Shown: in pieces, positions 35,153 through 46,428 of the stretch
Position numbering within the stretch: the first letter of the stretch is position 1
Layout: each line of letters starts with the position of its first letter
Source: Elusimicrobiota bacterium
GTDB taxonomy: Bacteria; RUG730; JBDRED01
Direction: 5' to 3'
Assembly (NCBI GenBank): GCA_043820025.1
Contig: JBDRED010000028.1
Location: 12,274-76,273 of the forward strand
DNA length: 64,000 nucleotides
Notes under the pieces: generated by a model
Seen by the model: only the letters and a program-made list of their open reading frames with translations
The model's database searches: none
What the model was told of the DNA's origin: nothing
Made by a program: the position numbers and the translations under genes

Positions 35153-36388
35153 TTACTCAAATATTATTTTTACGGTTTTTGATATACCGCCCTGATGAGA
35201 AGTAAGGAAGTTAAGCGCTTTTAGAGAAAGTTCCTCTGCCTTTTTGGGGGTTAGTAGAATATCTTTAACAGCGCAAATTAATTCTTCAGAATTTTTAACC
35301 TGAACTCCTGCGTTGTTTTCCAATACCAGCTTTGCTTCATCAATAAAGTTTCTCATATATTCTCCGAAAATTACCGGTTTTCCTAATGCAATAGGCTCAA
35401 GTATATTATGTCCGCCTGTATCGACTAAACTACCTCCCACAAAAACCACATCAGCCATTTTATAAATATTAATTAAATCTCCCACAGTATCCACAACAAT
35501 AATATCTTCGTCATTATACGCGCTAATTTCCGTATATCTTTTGTAAGAGATATTCTTGTTTTTAAGAACATCTATAATTTTTTCTACATTATGCATATGC
35601 CTTGGAGCTACAACGCACACTAAATCCGGAAAAATTTCTTTTAGCGCTGCAAAGCAATTAATTATTATTCCCTCCTCGCCACTACGCAAACTGCCGGACA
35701 CAAATACCTTTTTTCCGAGAAGAAAATCTTTTTTCACTTCCTTGGCGTTAGTCTGTAATAAATCATATTTTAAATTTGGTATCAGTTTAACCTTATAGTC
35801 ATGACAGCCCATACCAAGAAACCTTTTTTTATAAACATCATTCTGAGCGCATATGCAGACCATATTATTAAGAAGCGGCGCAAATAAAAAATTTAACTTT
35901 TTATATAATTCGTAGGTTTTGTCCGAAATTCTCGCATTAATTAAATAAACCGGGATTTTATTTGATATGCATGTATAAATCATGGTAGGCCAAAGTTCAG
36001 TCTCGATCAATATTAGTTTTTTGATATTAACCTTATAGTGTAAATAACAATGAATAGGCTTGAAATCAAATGGCGCGTAGCAAAGAAATGTATTATGCGG
36101 CAGTTTATTCACAGCTGACGAAAAACCTGTCTCAGTCTGGACAGACAACATCACCGGTTCAAACGAAGACTTTCTAAGCTCTTCAATAAACCTTAACGCT
36201 ATCTTTACCTCTCCCACAGAAGCCGCGTGTATCCAAACATAATCATTGTTGTCAAAATCATAAAATCCAAACCTGTTTTTTAAAAGCCTTGTTTTGCCTT
36301 TAATAATCAAATAAATATAGTATGGAAAAATAATTATTAATAAAATAAATAAAATCAGGTTATAGAGGATAATTGAAGCTAAATACAT
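35153..36388 (-). CDS. waaA: 3-deoxy-D-manno-octulosonic acid (Kdo) transferase
   Basis: 411 aa with an N-terminal TM segment, WIHAASVGEV and GGSLVDTGGHNILEP. Confidence 0.9.
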   Translation of the reverse strand: MYLASIILYNLILFILLIIIFPYYIYLIIKGKTRLLKNRFGFYDFDNNDYVWIHAASVGEVKIALRFIEELRKSSFEPVMLSVQTETGFSSAVNKLPHNTFLCYAPFDFKPIHCYLHYKVNIKKLILIETELWPTMIYTCISNKIPVYLINARISDKTYELYKKLNFLFAPLLNNMVCICAQNDVYKKRFLGMGCHDYKVKLIPNLKYDLLQTNAKEVKKDFLLGKKVFVSGSLRSGEEGIIINCFAALKEIFPDLVCVVAPRHMHNVEKIIDVLKNKNISYKRYTEISAYNDEDIIVVDTVGDLINIYKMADVVFVGGSLVDTGGHNILEPIALGKPVIFGEYMRNFIDEAKLVLENNAGVQVKNSEELICAVKDILLTPKKAEELSLKALNFLTSHQGGISKTVKIIFE

Positions 36389-36414
36389 ATTACACCATAT
36401 AAAAAGGATTGTCT

Positions 36415-37053
36415 TTACAATCTGGATATTTTATCGTCAAGTTCTTTTGTTACTTTATTTAATGAAGCGTTCAATTCCTTCCTTTTTTCTTCGAGATCAT
36501 CGCCTTTTTTTATCTCAATAGGCTCGCCGTACATGTACGCTGCTTTTGAAAATGGAACAGGGATTCTGTACTTATCCCAAGTTTTTTCAAGCACCCAAAA
36601 TTTTACAGACCCTGTGGCAACCGGGATTATAACGCGCCCGCTATGCGCGGCAAGAAAAATTACGCCCATCTTAGCGTCAAAAGCAGGGCCCTTCGGGCCA
36701 TCAACGGTAAACGCGACATCAAGCCCGTCTTTAATTTTTTTAAACATTTCACGCGCAGCGCCAACAGCGCCCCTGCTGCTCGACCCTCTAACAATATTAT
36801 AACCAAACCCTTTTAATATTTTTGTCTGCAGTTCTCCGTCTTTGGATAAACTTGTCATAATACAAATACCGCGATTTCTATGCGAAAAAACGAGAAGAAA
36901 CTGCCTGCCATGCCAGAATGAAAATATTACATTCTTCCCGCTTTTTTTTATACTATCATAATATTCTGTATTAAAGGCGCGCCATCGAAGTGTCCTGCTT
37001 AGAAAGGAAATAAGGCATCTGCCAAAAAATGAAATGATTGATATTTTAAACAT
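36415..37053 (-). CDS. DUF374-type lysophospholipid acyltransferase family protein
   Basis: 212 aa. Contains FWHGRQF and DGPKGP, and shows the usual linkage to waaA. Confidence 0.6.
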   Translation of the reverse strand: MFKISIISFFGRCLISFLSRTLRWRAFNTEYYDSIKKSGKNVIFSFWHGRQFLLVFSHRNRGICIMTSLSKDGELQTKILKGFGYNIVRGSSSRGAVGAAREMFKKIKDGLDVAFTVDGPKGPAFDAKMGVIFLAAHSGRVIIPVATGSVKFWVLEKTWDKYRIPVPFSKAAYMYGEPIEIKKGDDLEEKRKELNASLNKVTKELDDKISRL

Positions 37054-39436
37054 ACATTTTCTTCAATAGATTAACAGTTTCTATTGGATCCTTGGCGTAA
37101 CCGTCTGCTTGAATACGTTCCGCATACTCTTTATTTACCACAGCTCCGCCTATTATTATTTTATATTTATCTCTTAGTCCTTTTTCTTTGAGTTCAATGA
37201 TCAATTTTTCCATCTCTTTCATGCTTGTAGTCATTAAAGCGGATAACGCTATAATATCCGCTTTATATTTTTCAGCATTTTTTATAATACTTTCAGAATC
37301 CGCATTCTTCCCAAGATCAATTATTTTATATCCATAGTTTTTTAAAACAGAGATTACAATATTTTTCCCGATATCGTGTAAATCCCCTTTAACTGTAGCG
37401 AACAATATTGTCGCCTTATATGAAGCTTCCTTATTTTGCGAAATTAATTTTTCTTGAATAATTTTTGTAGCTGCCTCAGCCGCTTCAGCTGCAAACAAAA
37501 GCTGAGGCAGAAAAAATTCGCCTTTATCATATTTACCGCCAACTTCGTCTAAAGCAGGTATTATCAGATCATTTATTATTTGTAACGGCTCCTTACTCTC
37601 TAATTCCTTTTCTACAAGCCCGGCGATTTTAGACTTTACGCCCTTTATAATCGCTTTCCTCAAATTCAATGGCTCATTTTTAACAACATTTAATTCTTCT
37701 TTTTTATCTGTAACAACCGCGAGATATCTTTCTGCCGCCTTGTCTGACCCTCTTAAAAGCGCGCCGGCGGCAAACATGTTTCTTACATATTTATTCTTAG
37801 GATTCATAATCGCGGCGTCTAAGCCTTGCCCAACCGCCATTCCCAAAAATCCGGCGTTTAATACTTCTTTTCCCGGAAGGCCAAAAGAAATATTGCTAAT
37901 ACCTAAAAGGCCTCTCACTCCAAATTTTTCTTTAATTATACGCATTGCCTCAATTGCTTTGACAGCTCCCTGCGGTTCAGTGGATATAGTCAAAGTTAAA
38001 GTATCTACAAATATATCTTTTCTCTGAATGCCTATCTTATCGCATTCCTTAATTACTCTTTCGGCAATCCTAACGCGTTCGTCTACTGTTTCAGGTATGC
38101 CGTTTTCGTCCATAGTAAGACAAATAACCGCGGCCCCGTATTTTTTTACAAGCGGAAGTATATTTGAATATCTTTCCTTTTCACCATTCGTGGAATTAAC
38201 AAGCGCTCTCCCCGGAAAAGCGCGAAGGCCTGCTTCTAACGCATCGTACGACGGTGAATCAATACAAAGCGGAGTATTCACAATAGATGAAAGCTGAGAC
38301 ACTAGTTCCCTCATTATTTCAGGCTCATCCACATTTGGAACAGAAACATTGACATCTAAAATATCAGCTCCGGCATCCGTCTGTGATTCAGCTTCGTGGA
38401 TAATAAAACTATATTCCTTGTCATGCACGCTTTGCGCAACCATCTTCAAAGCGTTTGGATTAATCCGCTCGCCCACAATAACCGGATACTTATCTATTCT
38501 TAAAAGCTTGGATCTAGACGCTAAAAAGGTCGCCGGATTTATATTTCTTTTCTTTATCGTTAATTTTTGAGCTGTTCGTTTTAATGCCCTGATATGTTCA
38601 GGCGTAGTGCCGCAGCATCCGCCAATAATACTTGCGCCCTGATCAATAATCTCTTTATAAAAACCCGCAAAATCTTCCGGATTAAGAGGAAAAATGGTTT
38701 TACCGTCTTTTTGTATAGGCGTTCCCGCATTAGCCTGCGCGATAATCGGGATATTTGAAATATCCGCCATTTTCTTTACGGCATGCGCCATATCATCCGG
38801 CCCGCTGCTGCAATTCATTCCTACTGCGCAAGCGCCAAGGCTTGATAAAACCGCAGCCGCTGCCTCGGGAGGCGTGCCTGTTGCCGAGCGGGCGCCTCCT
38901 TCAAAGGTCATCATAACAACAATCGGAATATCTGTATTTTCGCGGCAAGCGAAAAGCGCTGCTCTAGCTTCGTGAAGATCGAGCATTGTTTCAATAATAA
39001 TAAGATCCGCGCCTACCTCATCAAAAGCTTTTACCATTTCCGCGTATATTTCAACAGCATCATCAAAATCCATTTTTCCGAGCGGAGACAATAATTTTCC
39101 TATAGGCCCTATGGACGCTGCAACACAAACATTCTTACCTGCCGCTTCCTTTGCTATCTTAACTCCCGCGTAACATAATTCGTAAACCTTATCAGACATG
39201 CCATATTGTCCGAGTTTATAACGATTAGCTCCAAAAGTATTTGTTGTTATAACATCGCTTCCCGAATCAATATACGCTTTGTGAATTTTTTTTATTGCGG
39301 CAGGGTTTGAAACATTGAGTATCTCAGGAGGCATATTAGAAAGTTCTATGCCGTATTCAATAAGCATTGTACCCATTGCCCCGTCGAAAAGCACAGGTTT
39401 TTTACTCTTTAACAGGTTAACGAATTTATTGCTCAT
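37046..39436 (-). CDS. metH: cobalamin-dependent methionine synthase, short form without the reactivation domain
   Basis: 796 aa. Hcy-binding module (GGCCGTTPEHI), a pterin-binding module, and a B12 module (GDLHDIGKNIV, SALMTTS, GGAV). Confidence 0.9.
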   Translation of the reverse strand: MSNKFVNLLKSKKPVLFDGAMGTMLIEYGIELSNMPPEILNVSNPAAIKKIHKAYIDSGSDVITTNTFGANRYKLGQYGMSDKVYELCYAGVKIAKEAAGKNVCVAASIGPIGKLLSPLGKMDFDDAVEIYAEMVKAFDEVGADLIIIETMLDLHEARAALFACRENTDIPIVVMMTFEGGARSATGTPPEAAAAVLSSLGACAVGMNCSSGPDDMAHAVKKMADISNIPIIAQANAGTPIQKDGKTIFPLNPEDFAGFYKEIIDQGASIIGGCCGTTPEHIRALKRTAQKLTIKKRNINPATFLASRSKLLRIDKYPVIVGERINPNALKMVAQSVHDKEYSFIIHEAESQTDAGADILDVNVSVPNVDEPEIMRELVSQLSSIVNTPLCIDSPSYDALEAGLRAFPGRALVNSTNGEKERYSNILPLVKKYGAAVICLTMDENGIPETVDERVRIAERVIKECDKIGIQRKDIFVDTLTLTISTEPQGAVKAIEAMRIIKEKFGVRGLLGISNISFGLPGKEVLNAGFLGMAVGQGLDAAIMNPKNKYVRNMFAAGALLRGSDKAAERYLAVVTDKKEELNVVKNEPLNLRKAIIKGVKSKIAGLVEKELESKEPLQIINDLIIPALDEVGGKYDKGEFFLPQLLFAAEAAEAATKIIQEKLISQNKEASYKATILFATVKGDLHDIGKNIVISVLKNYGYKIIDLGKNADSESIIKNAEKYKADIIALSALMTTSMKEMEKLIIELKEKGLRDKYKIIIGGAVVNKEYAERIQADGYAKDPIETVNLLKKMYV

Positions 39437-39454
39437 AAAATTCTCGTTTATTCA

Positions 39455-40072
39455 TTATTTATTCTTGGTTTTCTTTGCGGATTTTTTTGCTTTTTCCCAG
39501 CCTATGACAGCGGTGATTGTTTTATTGGGAACTAGCATATCATACTCATTTACAGACACGCCTATCCTCTCTGCGCCTAAAATATCTATAATTTTTTTAT
39601 TATTCTTTATACCCCAGTCTCCATATCCGGCGCTAAACCGCGGCGTAATTATACTGCCCTCAGACCCGGCTTCTTCCTTAACGAGCCTATTCACAAAATT
39701 CGCAGACTGCTCAACCGCTTCACTGCCAATAGCGTCCCAAATACTTGCGTCTGCTACTCTATTTTGTTCAATCAGCGCGTCTATTTCTTTACAAAGCGCA
39801 TCGCCAATAGTCACAACTAATATTGTAACAAAAACGCTGTCTTTTAAAAGCGCTGAAACATCCTTGCTATCCGAGTACAATTCCGATATTTCTGAAATAT
39901 TAAATGTGTCATATACAACAGCGGGCTGAATAAAATCGTAGGCTTTAAGAACCTCTTTTTGAATATGATCCTTAAGCTGATCCGCGTCTTCAGTAATATC
40001 ATCTTTATACTTAAGCATAGATAAGATTAGATTTTGCCTTACAGCAACTCTAAATTTCTTAATTTTCTTCAT
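39455..40072 (-). CDS. stand-alone methionine synthase activation (AdoMet-binding) domain-like protein
   Basis: 205 aa. Contains PRFSAGYGDW. It lies immediately upstream of the truncated metH. Confidence 0.55.
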   Translation of the reverse strand: MKKIKKFRVAVRQNLILSMLKYKDDITEDADQLKDHIQKEVLKAYDFIQPAVVYDTFNISEISELYSDSKDVSALLKDSVFVTILVVTIGDALCKEIDALIEQNRVADASIWDAIGSEAVEQSANFVNRLVKEEAGSEGSIITPRFSAGYGDWGIKNNKKIIDILGAERIGVSVNEYDMLVPNKTITAVIGWEKAKKSAKKTKNK

Positions 40073-40088
40073 TCGAAATCCCTAAAAA

Positions 40089-40967
40089 TTATTTAGATCT
40101 ATTTTTCCAGTCATAGACAATGGGGCTGGCAACAAATATTGACGAATACGTACCGACAATAACTCCTAGAAGCAGGACTAATGAAAAATCATGTATTACC
40201 TTGCCGCCAAAAAGAAAAAGCGCTAACACAGTTACCAGTGTTGTGCCTGAGGTAATAACTGTTCGGGAAAGCGTCTGATTTATACTGTCATTAAAAACTT
40301 TTTCTTTAGCTTCTTTATATCTTACTCGAAGATTCTCTCTAATCCTGTCATATATTACAATTGTATCATTTATTGAATATCCTACGAGTGTCATCAACGC
40401 GGCAACAACAGGCAATGTGATCTCTTTATTTAATATAGAAAATATTCCTACCACAATCAATACGTCGTGAATAAGCGCAAGAACGCCCGCAACGCCCCAA
40501 ACACCGCCTTTAAATCTTATAGCAACATAACAAATGATTCCTAAAAACGCGAAACTAAATGCTAAAGCCGCTCTTTTTACCAGCCAGATTCCTACAGCAG
40601 GCCCAACCATTTCAATCCTCTCAACAACAAAATTCTTATTCATGTTTGTCTTAAGGGTTTCCATTAACGGGCCGGTAACCTGCGCGCTCTGTTGTAAACG
40701 AAATATCACAACATTGCTTCCAACAAACCTTTGTAATGTTACATTGCTAAATCCAATAGTCTCTAAACCGGTCCTAACCTCATCATTTGTTACTGCTTCC
40801 GTAAAATTTATCTGCACTAACGCGCCGCCGGTAAAATCAATACCCCAATTCGGCCCGCCTTTAATAATCATAGATATTATCCCTGCAGTTATTAATATTC
40901 CGCTTAATAGGTATGCAATTTTCTTTTTTTGTATGAATTTAATATTTGTATTTTGAAAAAGATTCAT
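40089..40967 (-). CDS. secF: protein translocase subunit SecF
   Basis: 292 aa. Contains GIDFTGG, YSINDTIVIYDRIRE and 6 TM segments. Confidence 0.93.
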   Translation of the reverse strand: MNLFQNTNIKFIQKKKIAYLLSGILITAGIISMIIKGGPNWGIDFTGGALVQINFTEAVTNDEVRTGLETIGFSNVTLQRFVGSNVVIFRLQQSAQVTGPLMETLKTNMNKNFVVERIEMVGPAVGIWLVKRAALAFSFAFLGIICYVAIRFKGGVWGVAGVLALIHDVLIVVGIFSILNKEITLPVVAALMTLVGYSINDTIVIYDRIRENLRVRYKEAKEKVFNDSINQTLSRTVITSGTTLVTVLALFLFGGKVIHDFSLVLLLGVIVGTYSSIFVASPIVYDWKNRSK

Positions 40968-41038
40968 TTCTCCCCCTTTATTCTAATGCCTATTGCGTCC
41001 ACCGCCTTTGGCCGGACAAACGCGCATACTGCGAGTTA

Positions 41039-42418
41039 TTATATACTTAGCTTCTTTATCTTTGGATTTTTCAATACTAATTCATAAACAACCTTTGTAA
41101 CAATTATTGATGTGAACATACTGCTTAAAATACCTATTGATAATGTGACAGCAAATCCTTTAATCGGCCCTGTGCCGAATTGGAATAAAAACGCCGCCGC
41201 AATAAGCGTTGTAATATTTGAGTCAAGAATTGTGCTGAACGCTTTATCATACCCGGCGTCTATAGCAATTCGTATAGTCTTACCTGCGCGCATTTCTTCG
41301 CGTATTCGTTCAAAGATTAACACATTCGCGTCCACAGCCATACCGATTGTCAAAATTATACCCGCAATACCGGGAAGAGTTAAGGTCGCATGGAAATACG
41401 CCATCATACCCATAAGTATAATCATATTTAGCAAAAGAGCAAAGTTTGCAAGAAGTCCTGACCACTTATAATAAATAATCATAAATACAAGCACAATCAA
41501 AAGCCCTAAAATACCGGCTGTAGTCCCTCGACGCACAGAATCAGCTCCCAGTGTCGGCCCCACAGTCCTGTTTTCAATAATTCTAACAGGCGCCGGTAAA
41601 GCGCCGGCCCTTAATATAATAGACAAGCTCTTTGCTTCTTCGGGAGTAAAATTTCCCTCGATTATCGCATGTCCGTCAGGAATCCTTGATCTTATCACAG
41701 GCGCTGATTGCACTATCCCGTCTAACACGATCGCAAGCTTTCTATCAACATTACGTTCTGTTAAGTCGGCAAATCTTACTGCTCCTTCTTTGTTAAAATC
41801 CAGAGCGACATAAGGCGCGCCATAATCGCCGCCAACCTTGACCTCGGCATTAGTCAGGAATGATCCTGTCACATCTGAGCGGTCTTCAACAACATAATAT
41901 CTGTCTTCCTTTCCCGGAAGAACAACAAAACCTTTTGGAACCTTTTCTGCGTCGATATCCCCTTCTTCATTCATGAAATCACGAGGGCTGTGTTCCTCAT
42001 CAACCAATCTGAATTCCAAGAGAGCGGTTTTTCCTATAAGCTCAACCGCTCTATCAGGATCCTTTACTCCGGGAAGCTGAACAGTTATCCAACGATCACC
42101 CTGCATAGCTATATGAGGTTCGGCAACGCCAAACTGGTCAACGCGATTTCTAATAATTTCTATAGCTTGAGCTAAAGCGTCCTCTAATTTAATATCCTTT
42201 CGCAGTTTATCAACATCCAGTTCAAGAATAAGATTCATTCCGCCGCGTAAATCCAAGCCGAGTTTAATAACCCTTGTAGATATCTCGTCTTTGAACCTTT
42301 CAAGACTATTTCTTTCGTCTGCGGTCATTGTATACCATTTTATCGTCGGATATAAATTCCAAATAGAAAATCCTAAAACAAGCGCGATTAAAAATAAACG
42401 CCATTTCTGCCGCTGCAT
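41039..42418 (-). CDS. secD: protein translocase subunit SecD
   Basis: 459 aa. Contains LGLDLRGG, GPTLGADS and AVDANVLIFERIREE. Confidence 0.93.
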   Translation of the reverse strand: MQRQKWRLFLIALVLGFSIWNLYPTIKWYTMTADERNSLERFKDEISTRVIKLGLDLRGGMNLILELDVDKLRKDIKLEDALAQAIEIIRNRVDQFGVAEPHIAMQGDRWITVQLPGVKDPDRAVELIGKTALLEFRLVDEEHSPRDFMNEEGDIDAEKVPKGFVVLPGKEDRYYVVEDRSDVTGSFLTNAEVKVGGDYGAPYVALDFNKEGAVRFADLTERNVDRKLAIVLDGIVQSAPVIRSRIPDGHAIIEGNFTPEEAKSLSIILRAGALPAPVRIIENRTVGPTLGADSVRRGTTAGILGLLIVLVFMIIYYKWSGLLANFALLLNMIILMGMMAYFHATLTLPGIAGIILTIGMAVDANVLIFERIREEMRAGKTIRIAIDAGYDKAFSTILDSNITTLIAAAFLFQFGTGPIKGFAVTLSIGILSSMFTSIIVTKVVYELVLKNPKIKKLSI

Positions 42419-42438
42419 ATTTCCTCCTAAAAAAACTT

Positions 42439-42780
42439 CTATTTATTAGACACTACTTCCGGCTGAACAACAACCTTTTTCGCTATAGCATCCCTTGTTA
42501 TCATAATAGTTACATTATCAGAAACCTTTAAGTGATATAAATCAGGTTTAACTAAAACTATTGTGCCTATTATACCGCCTGTTGTAACAACCTTATCGTT
42601 CTGTTTTAATTCGCTTAACATTCTTTGATGTTCCTTGGCGCGTTTTTGCTGAGGGCGTATTAAGAAAAAGTAAAATATTATCAAAAGCGCGAATAATGGA
42701 AATAAATTAACTAACGGATTTCCGCCCTGCGCCTGCGCTCCCTGAGGAGCGGTCCCCATTGCATATGCTAAACTAAACAT
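42439..42780 (-). CDS. yajC: preprotein translocase subunit YajC
   Basis: Start corrected to MFSLAYAMG (ATG 42780; AGAGGGGG SD). Contains FYFFLIRPQQKRAKEH and VVTTGGIIG. Confidence 0.88.
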   Translation of the reverse strand: MFSLAYAMGTAPQGAQAQGGNPLVNLFPLFALLIIFYFFLIRPQQKRAKEHQRMLSELKQNDKVVTTGGIIGTIVLVKPDLYHLKVSDNVTIMITRDAIAKKVVVQPEVVSNK

Positions 42781-42793
42781 AATTCCCCCTCTT

Positions 42794-42813
42794 GAAAAAT
42801 GCTGACGCATTTT
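42794..42813 (-). repeat. intercistronic hairpin module copy 1 (AAAATGC-GTCA-GCATTTT + SD), tgt-yajC spacer
   Basis: The 20-nt GAAAAATGCTGACGCATTTT is identical to 45926-45945. Flanking similarity extends the module to ~60 nt. Confidence 0.8.
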
Positions 42814-42844
42814 TTAGTTTAAATTTTAAGTGCTGAGTGTTGAG

Positions 42845-43996
<1,152 letters not shown>

Positions 43997-44010
43997 TCAT
44001 AAATTTCATG

Positions 44011-44043
44011 AGTTATTATAATTATTATGTCTTCTGTATTCAG
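44011..44043 (-). promoter_or_regulatory. ATTATAATAAC box with TTCTG tract upstream of tgt
   Basis: The reverse strand reads ACAGAAGACATAATAATTATAATAACT. The TATAAT lies 39 nt before the tgt TTG. Confidence 0.5.
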
Positions 44044-44549
44044 CTGTTCTTTATTTTGTTTATTATATCTGAAGTGGATTTTCCTTTAATTAAAGGAATG
44101 GTTACAACCTTTCCGCCGTATGATTCAAGAAAGTCTCGGCCTACTATAGTATCAAGAGTGTAATCTCCGCCTTTAATTAATACGTCGGGTTGAATTTTTT
44201 TTATAAGGTTTAAAGGTGTGTTTTCATTAAACATCGCGACATAGTCCACGCATGAGAGCGCTGAAAGAACCTCAGCGCGTTCGCGTTCAGGGAATATTGG
44301 CCTTTTTGGCCCTTTAAGCCTTCTTATAGACGAATCGCTATTTAATCCGATTACTAATATATCCCCATATCTTTTCGCTTTTTCGAGATACGCAACATGC
44401 CCTTTATGCAGTATGTCAAAACATCCATTCGTAAAAACTATCTTTTTACGCTGTTTGCGCTTCTGTTTTAAAATCTTAACCAGTTTATCTATGTCAATAA
44501 ATTTTGTCATTTTTATTTTTTTAGCAGTCTGCCTTATATTATCCGGCAA
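44040..44549 (-). CDS. hldC: D-glycero-beta-D-manno-heptose 1-phosphate adenylyltransferase (RfaE domain II type)
   Basis: 169 aa. Contains VFTNGCFDILHKGHVAYL. The start is ambiguous (M1 or M14). Confidence 0.85.
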   Translation of the reverse strand: MPDNIRQTAKKIKMTKFIDIDKLVKILKQKRKQRKKIVFTNGCFDILHKGHVAYLEKAKRYGDILVIGLNSDSSIRRLKGPKRPIFPERERAEVLSALSCVDYVAMFNENTPLNLIKKIQPDVLIKGGDYTLDTIVGRDFLESYGGKVVTIPLIKGKSTSDIINKIKNS

Positions 44550-44553
44550 GCTC

Positions 44554-45915
44554 CTATTTTTTACCTTTAAATTCTTTTGTCATACGCGTCTGTAAAAAGT
44601 TTGTATAAAATTCGCCTTTTATAAAATATTTATTCTGCATAACCTTCTGATGAAATGATGTAGTCGTAGCTATGCCGCGAATCGTTATTTCATCAAGCGC
44701 GCGCGCCATCCTGTTTATAGCTTCCTCTCTATTTTTTCCAAACGCCAATATTTTCGCTACCATTGAATCATAAAACGGAGGTATGGTGTACCCTTGATAT
44801 ACATGCGTATCAATTCTTATGCCGGGCCCGCCGGGCATTATAAAAGCCTCTATCGTTCCGGGCGACGGAATAAAATCCTTATCCGGATCCTCGGCATTTA
44901 TTCTGCACTCTATTGCATGCCCTAAAATATTCACATCATCCTGTTTAAGTTTTAGGCGCTCGCCGGCAGCCAGCAGTATCTGTTCTTTAATTAAGTCGAG
45001 GCCTGTCACAAGTTCTGTAACCGGATGCTCAACTTGAATACGAGTATTCATCTCCATAAAATAATAATTTCCCTTTTTATCTAAAAGAAACTCCACTGTG
45101 CCAACGGTCACATAATTAACAGCCTTAGCGGCGCGCACAGCAGACCTGCCCATTCTGCGCCGAAGTTTTTCATTTACTGCAGGCGAAGGAGATTCTTCAA
45201 CAAGCTTTTGATGCCTTCTCTGTATAGAACAATCGCGCTCAGGCAGATAAATGGTATTGCCTTTTGAATCAGCCATAATCTGAAATTCAATATGACGCGG
45301 TTCTTCAAGATATTTTTCAATATAAACTTCGTCATTGCCAAACGCGGCTTTTGCCTCAGCCTTTGCCGTAAGAATAGCATTTTCAAGAGCGTCTTCATTC
45401 TGCACTACGCGCATACCCTTACCGCCGCCGCCCGCTGAAGCCTTTACAATAACCGGATAACCGATTTTTTTTGCTATACGTTTAATCGGCGTATCCTTAT
45501 CAATAATACCCTCGCATCCCGGAACAACAGGCACATCAGCCTTTATCATAGTCTCGCGCGCTTTCGCCTTATCGCCCATAAGAAGTATTGATTCCTTAGA
45601 CGGCCCGATAAATTTAATACCGCATGACTCGCACACATCGGCAAAGTATGTATTCTCCGCAAGAAACCCATATCCCGGATGTATAGCGTCCACGCCTGTT
45701 ATTTCAGCTGCGCTTATAATATTTGGAACGTTTAAGTAACTCTCACTTGCTGAAGCAGGGCCGATACAAAATCTCTCGTCGGCATACCTGACATGCATAC
45801 TATCAGCATCCGCCTCAGAATGCACTGCAACGGTTTTAATACCCATTTCTTTGCATGCTCTTATTATCCGAACAGCTATTTCGCCTCTATTCGCGATAAG
45901 TATTTTCTTAAACAT
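44554..45915 (-). CDS. accC: acetyl-CoA carboxylase biotin carboxylase subunit
   Basis: Start corrected to [14 protein letters not shown] (ATG 45915). Contains GGGGKGMR and [14 protein letters not shown]. Confidence 0.96.
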   Translation of the reverse strand: MFKKILIANRGEIAVRIIRACKEMGIKTVAVHSEADADSMHVRYADERFCIGPASASESYLNVPNIISAAEITGVDAIHPGYGFLAENTYFADVCESCGIKFIGPSKESILLMGDKAKARETMIKADVPVVPGCEGIIDKDTPIKRIAKKIGYPVIVKASAGGGGKGMRVVQNEDALENAILTAKAEAKAAFGNDEVYIEKYLEEPRHIEFQIMADSKGNTIYLPERDCSIQRRHQKLVEESPSPAVNEKLRRRMGRSAVRAAKAVNYVTVGTVEFLLDKKGNYYFMEMNTRIQVEHPVTELVTGLDLIKEQILLAAGERLKLKQDDVNILGHAIECRINAEDPDKDFIPSPGTIEAFIMPGGPGIRIDTHVYQGYTIPPFYDSMVAKILAFGKNREEAINRMARALDEITIRGIATTTSFHQKVMQNKYFIKGEFYTNFLQTRMTKEFKGKK

Positions 45916-45925
45916 AAGTCCCCCT

Positions 45926-45945
45926 GAAAAATGCTGACGCATTTT
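45926..45945 (-). repeat. intercistronic hairpin module copy 2, accB-accC spacer
   Basis: GAAAAATGCTGACGCATTTT. The hairpin ends 2-3 nt before the AGGGGGA SD of accC. Confidence 0.8.
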
Positions 45946-45956
45946 AAGTATAAGTG

Positions 45957-46403
45957 TTAAGCGCTGAGTTTTACTAAAAATATTTCTTCGCCATATTCGA
46001 CAGGTTTGCCGTTCTTTATAAGAACCTTATCAATAACTCCGTCTATCTCAGACACTACCTCTTTCATTATTTTCATTGCTTCCACAACGCCCAGCTTTGT
46101 TCCTTTTTTTATTACATCGCCCTCTTTAACAAAAGGCTTATCGTTCTTTGCGTCATTACTATAAAAAGTGCCCACCATCTTTGACTTAATAACACAATAT
46201 TCGCTGTTATTATTATCAAGCCTAAGCTTTGCAGTCTCAGATTTTTCCGCAGTAACCACAGCCTGTTTTGTAATAGGATGAGGCATGCAAGAAACAGCAT
46301 TTCTTTTTACTCGAACTCTTATTCCATGTTTTTCCCATGATAATTCAGAAATATCGGTTTTATTAATAACGTCAAAGAAATTTTCAATACGCTTTACATC
46401 CAT
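45957..46403 (-). CDS. accB: biotin carboxyl carrier protein
   Basis: Start corrected to MDVKRIENF (ATG 46403; GGGGGG SD). Contains the biotinylation motif [10 protein letters not shown]. Confidence 0.93.
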   Translation of the reverse strand: MDVKRIENFFDVINKTDISELSWEKHGIRVRVKRNAVSCMPHPITKQAVVTAEKSETAKLRLDNNNSEYCVIKSKMVGTFYSNDAKNDKPFVKEGDVIKKGTKLGVVEAMKIMKEVVSEIDGVIDKVLIKNGKPVEYGEEIFLVKLSA

Positions 46404-46428
46404 AAATCCCCCCAAAAAAAGTTTCAAA

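Noticed and set aside
40994-41026. GC-rich imperfect hairpin in the secD-secF spacer (TGCGTCCACCGCCTTTGGCCGGACAAACGCGCA)
   Set aside because: The pairing is imperfect and there is only a single copy in the window. It may belong to the REP-like repertoire, but I cannot tie it to any family seen here.
42781-42810. N-terminal extensions in the ORF track: MRQHFSRGGI (yajC), MRQHFSGGL (accC, 45916-45942), MRGRHFVSLLKLFLGGF (accB), MKLDPRFRGDGTSCRSL.. (lptE), [10 protein letters not shown].. (dnaJ), MRIRGGKE (BI-1)
   Set aside because: Except for BI-1, each extension is the translation of an intergenic repeat element. Internal starts with strong SDs give N-termini typical of each family. All coordinates were corrected accordingly.
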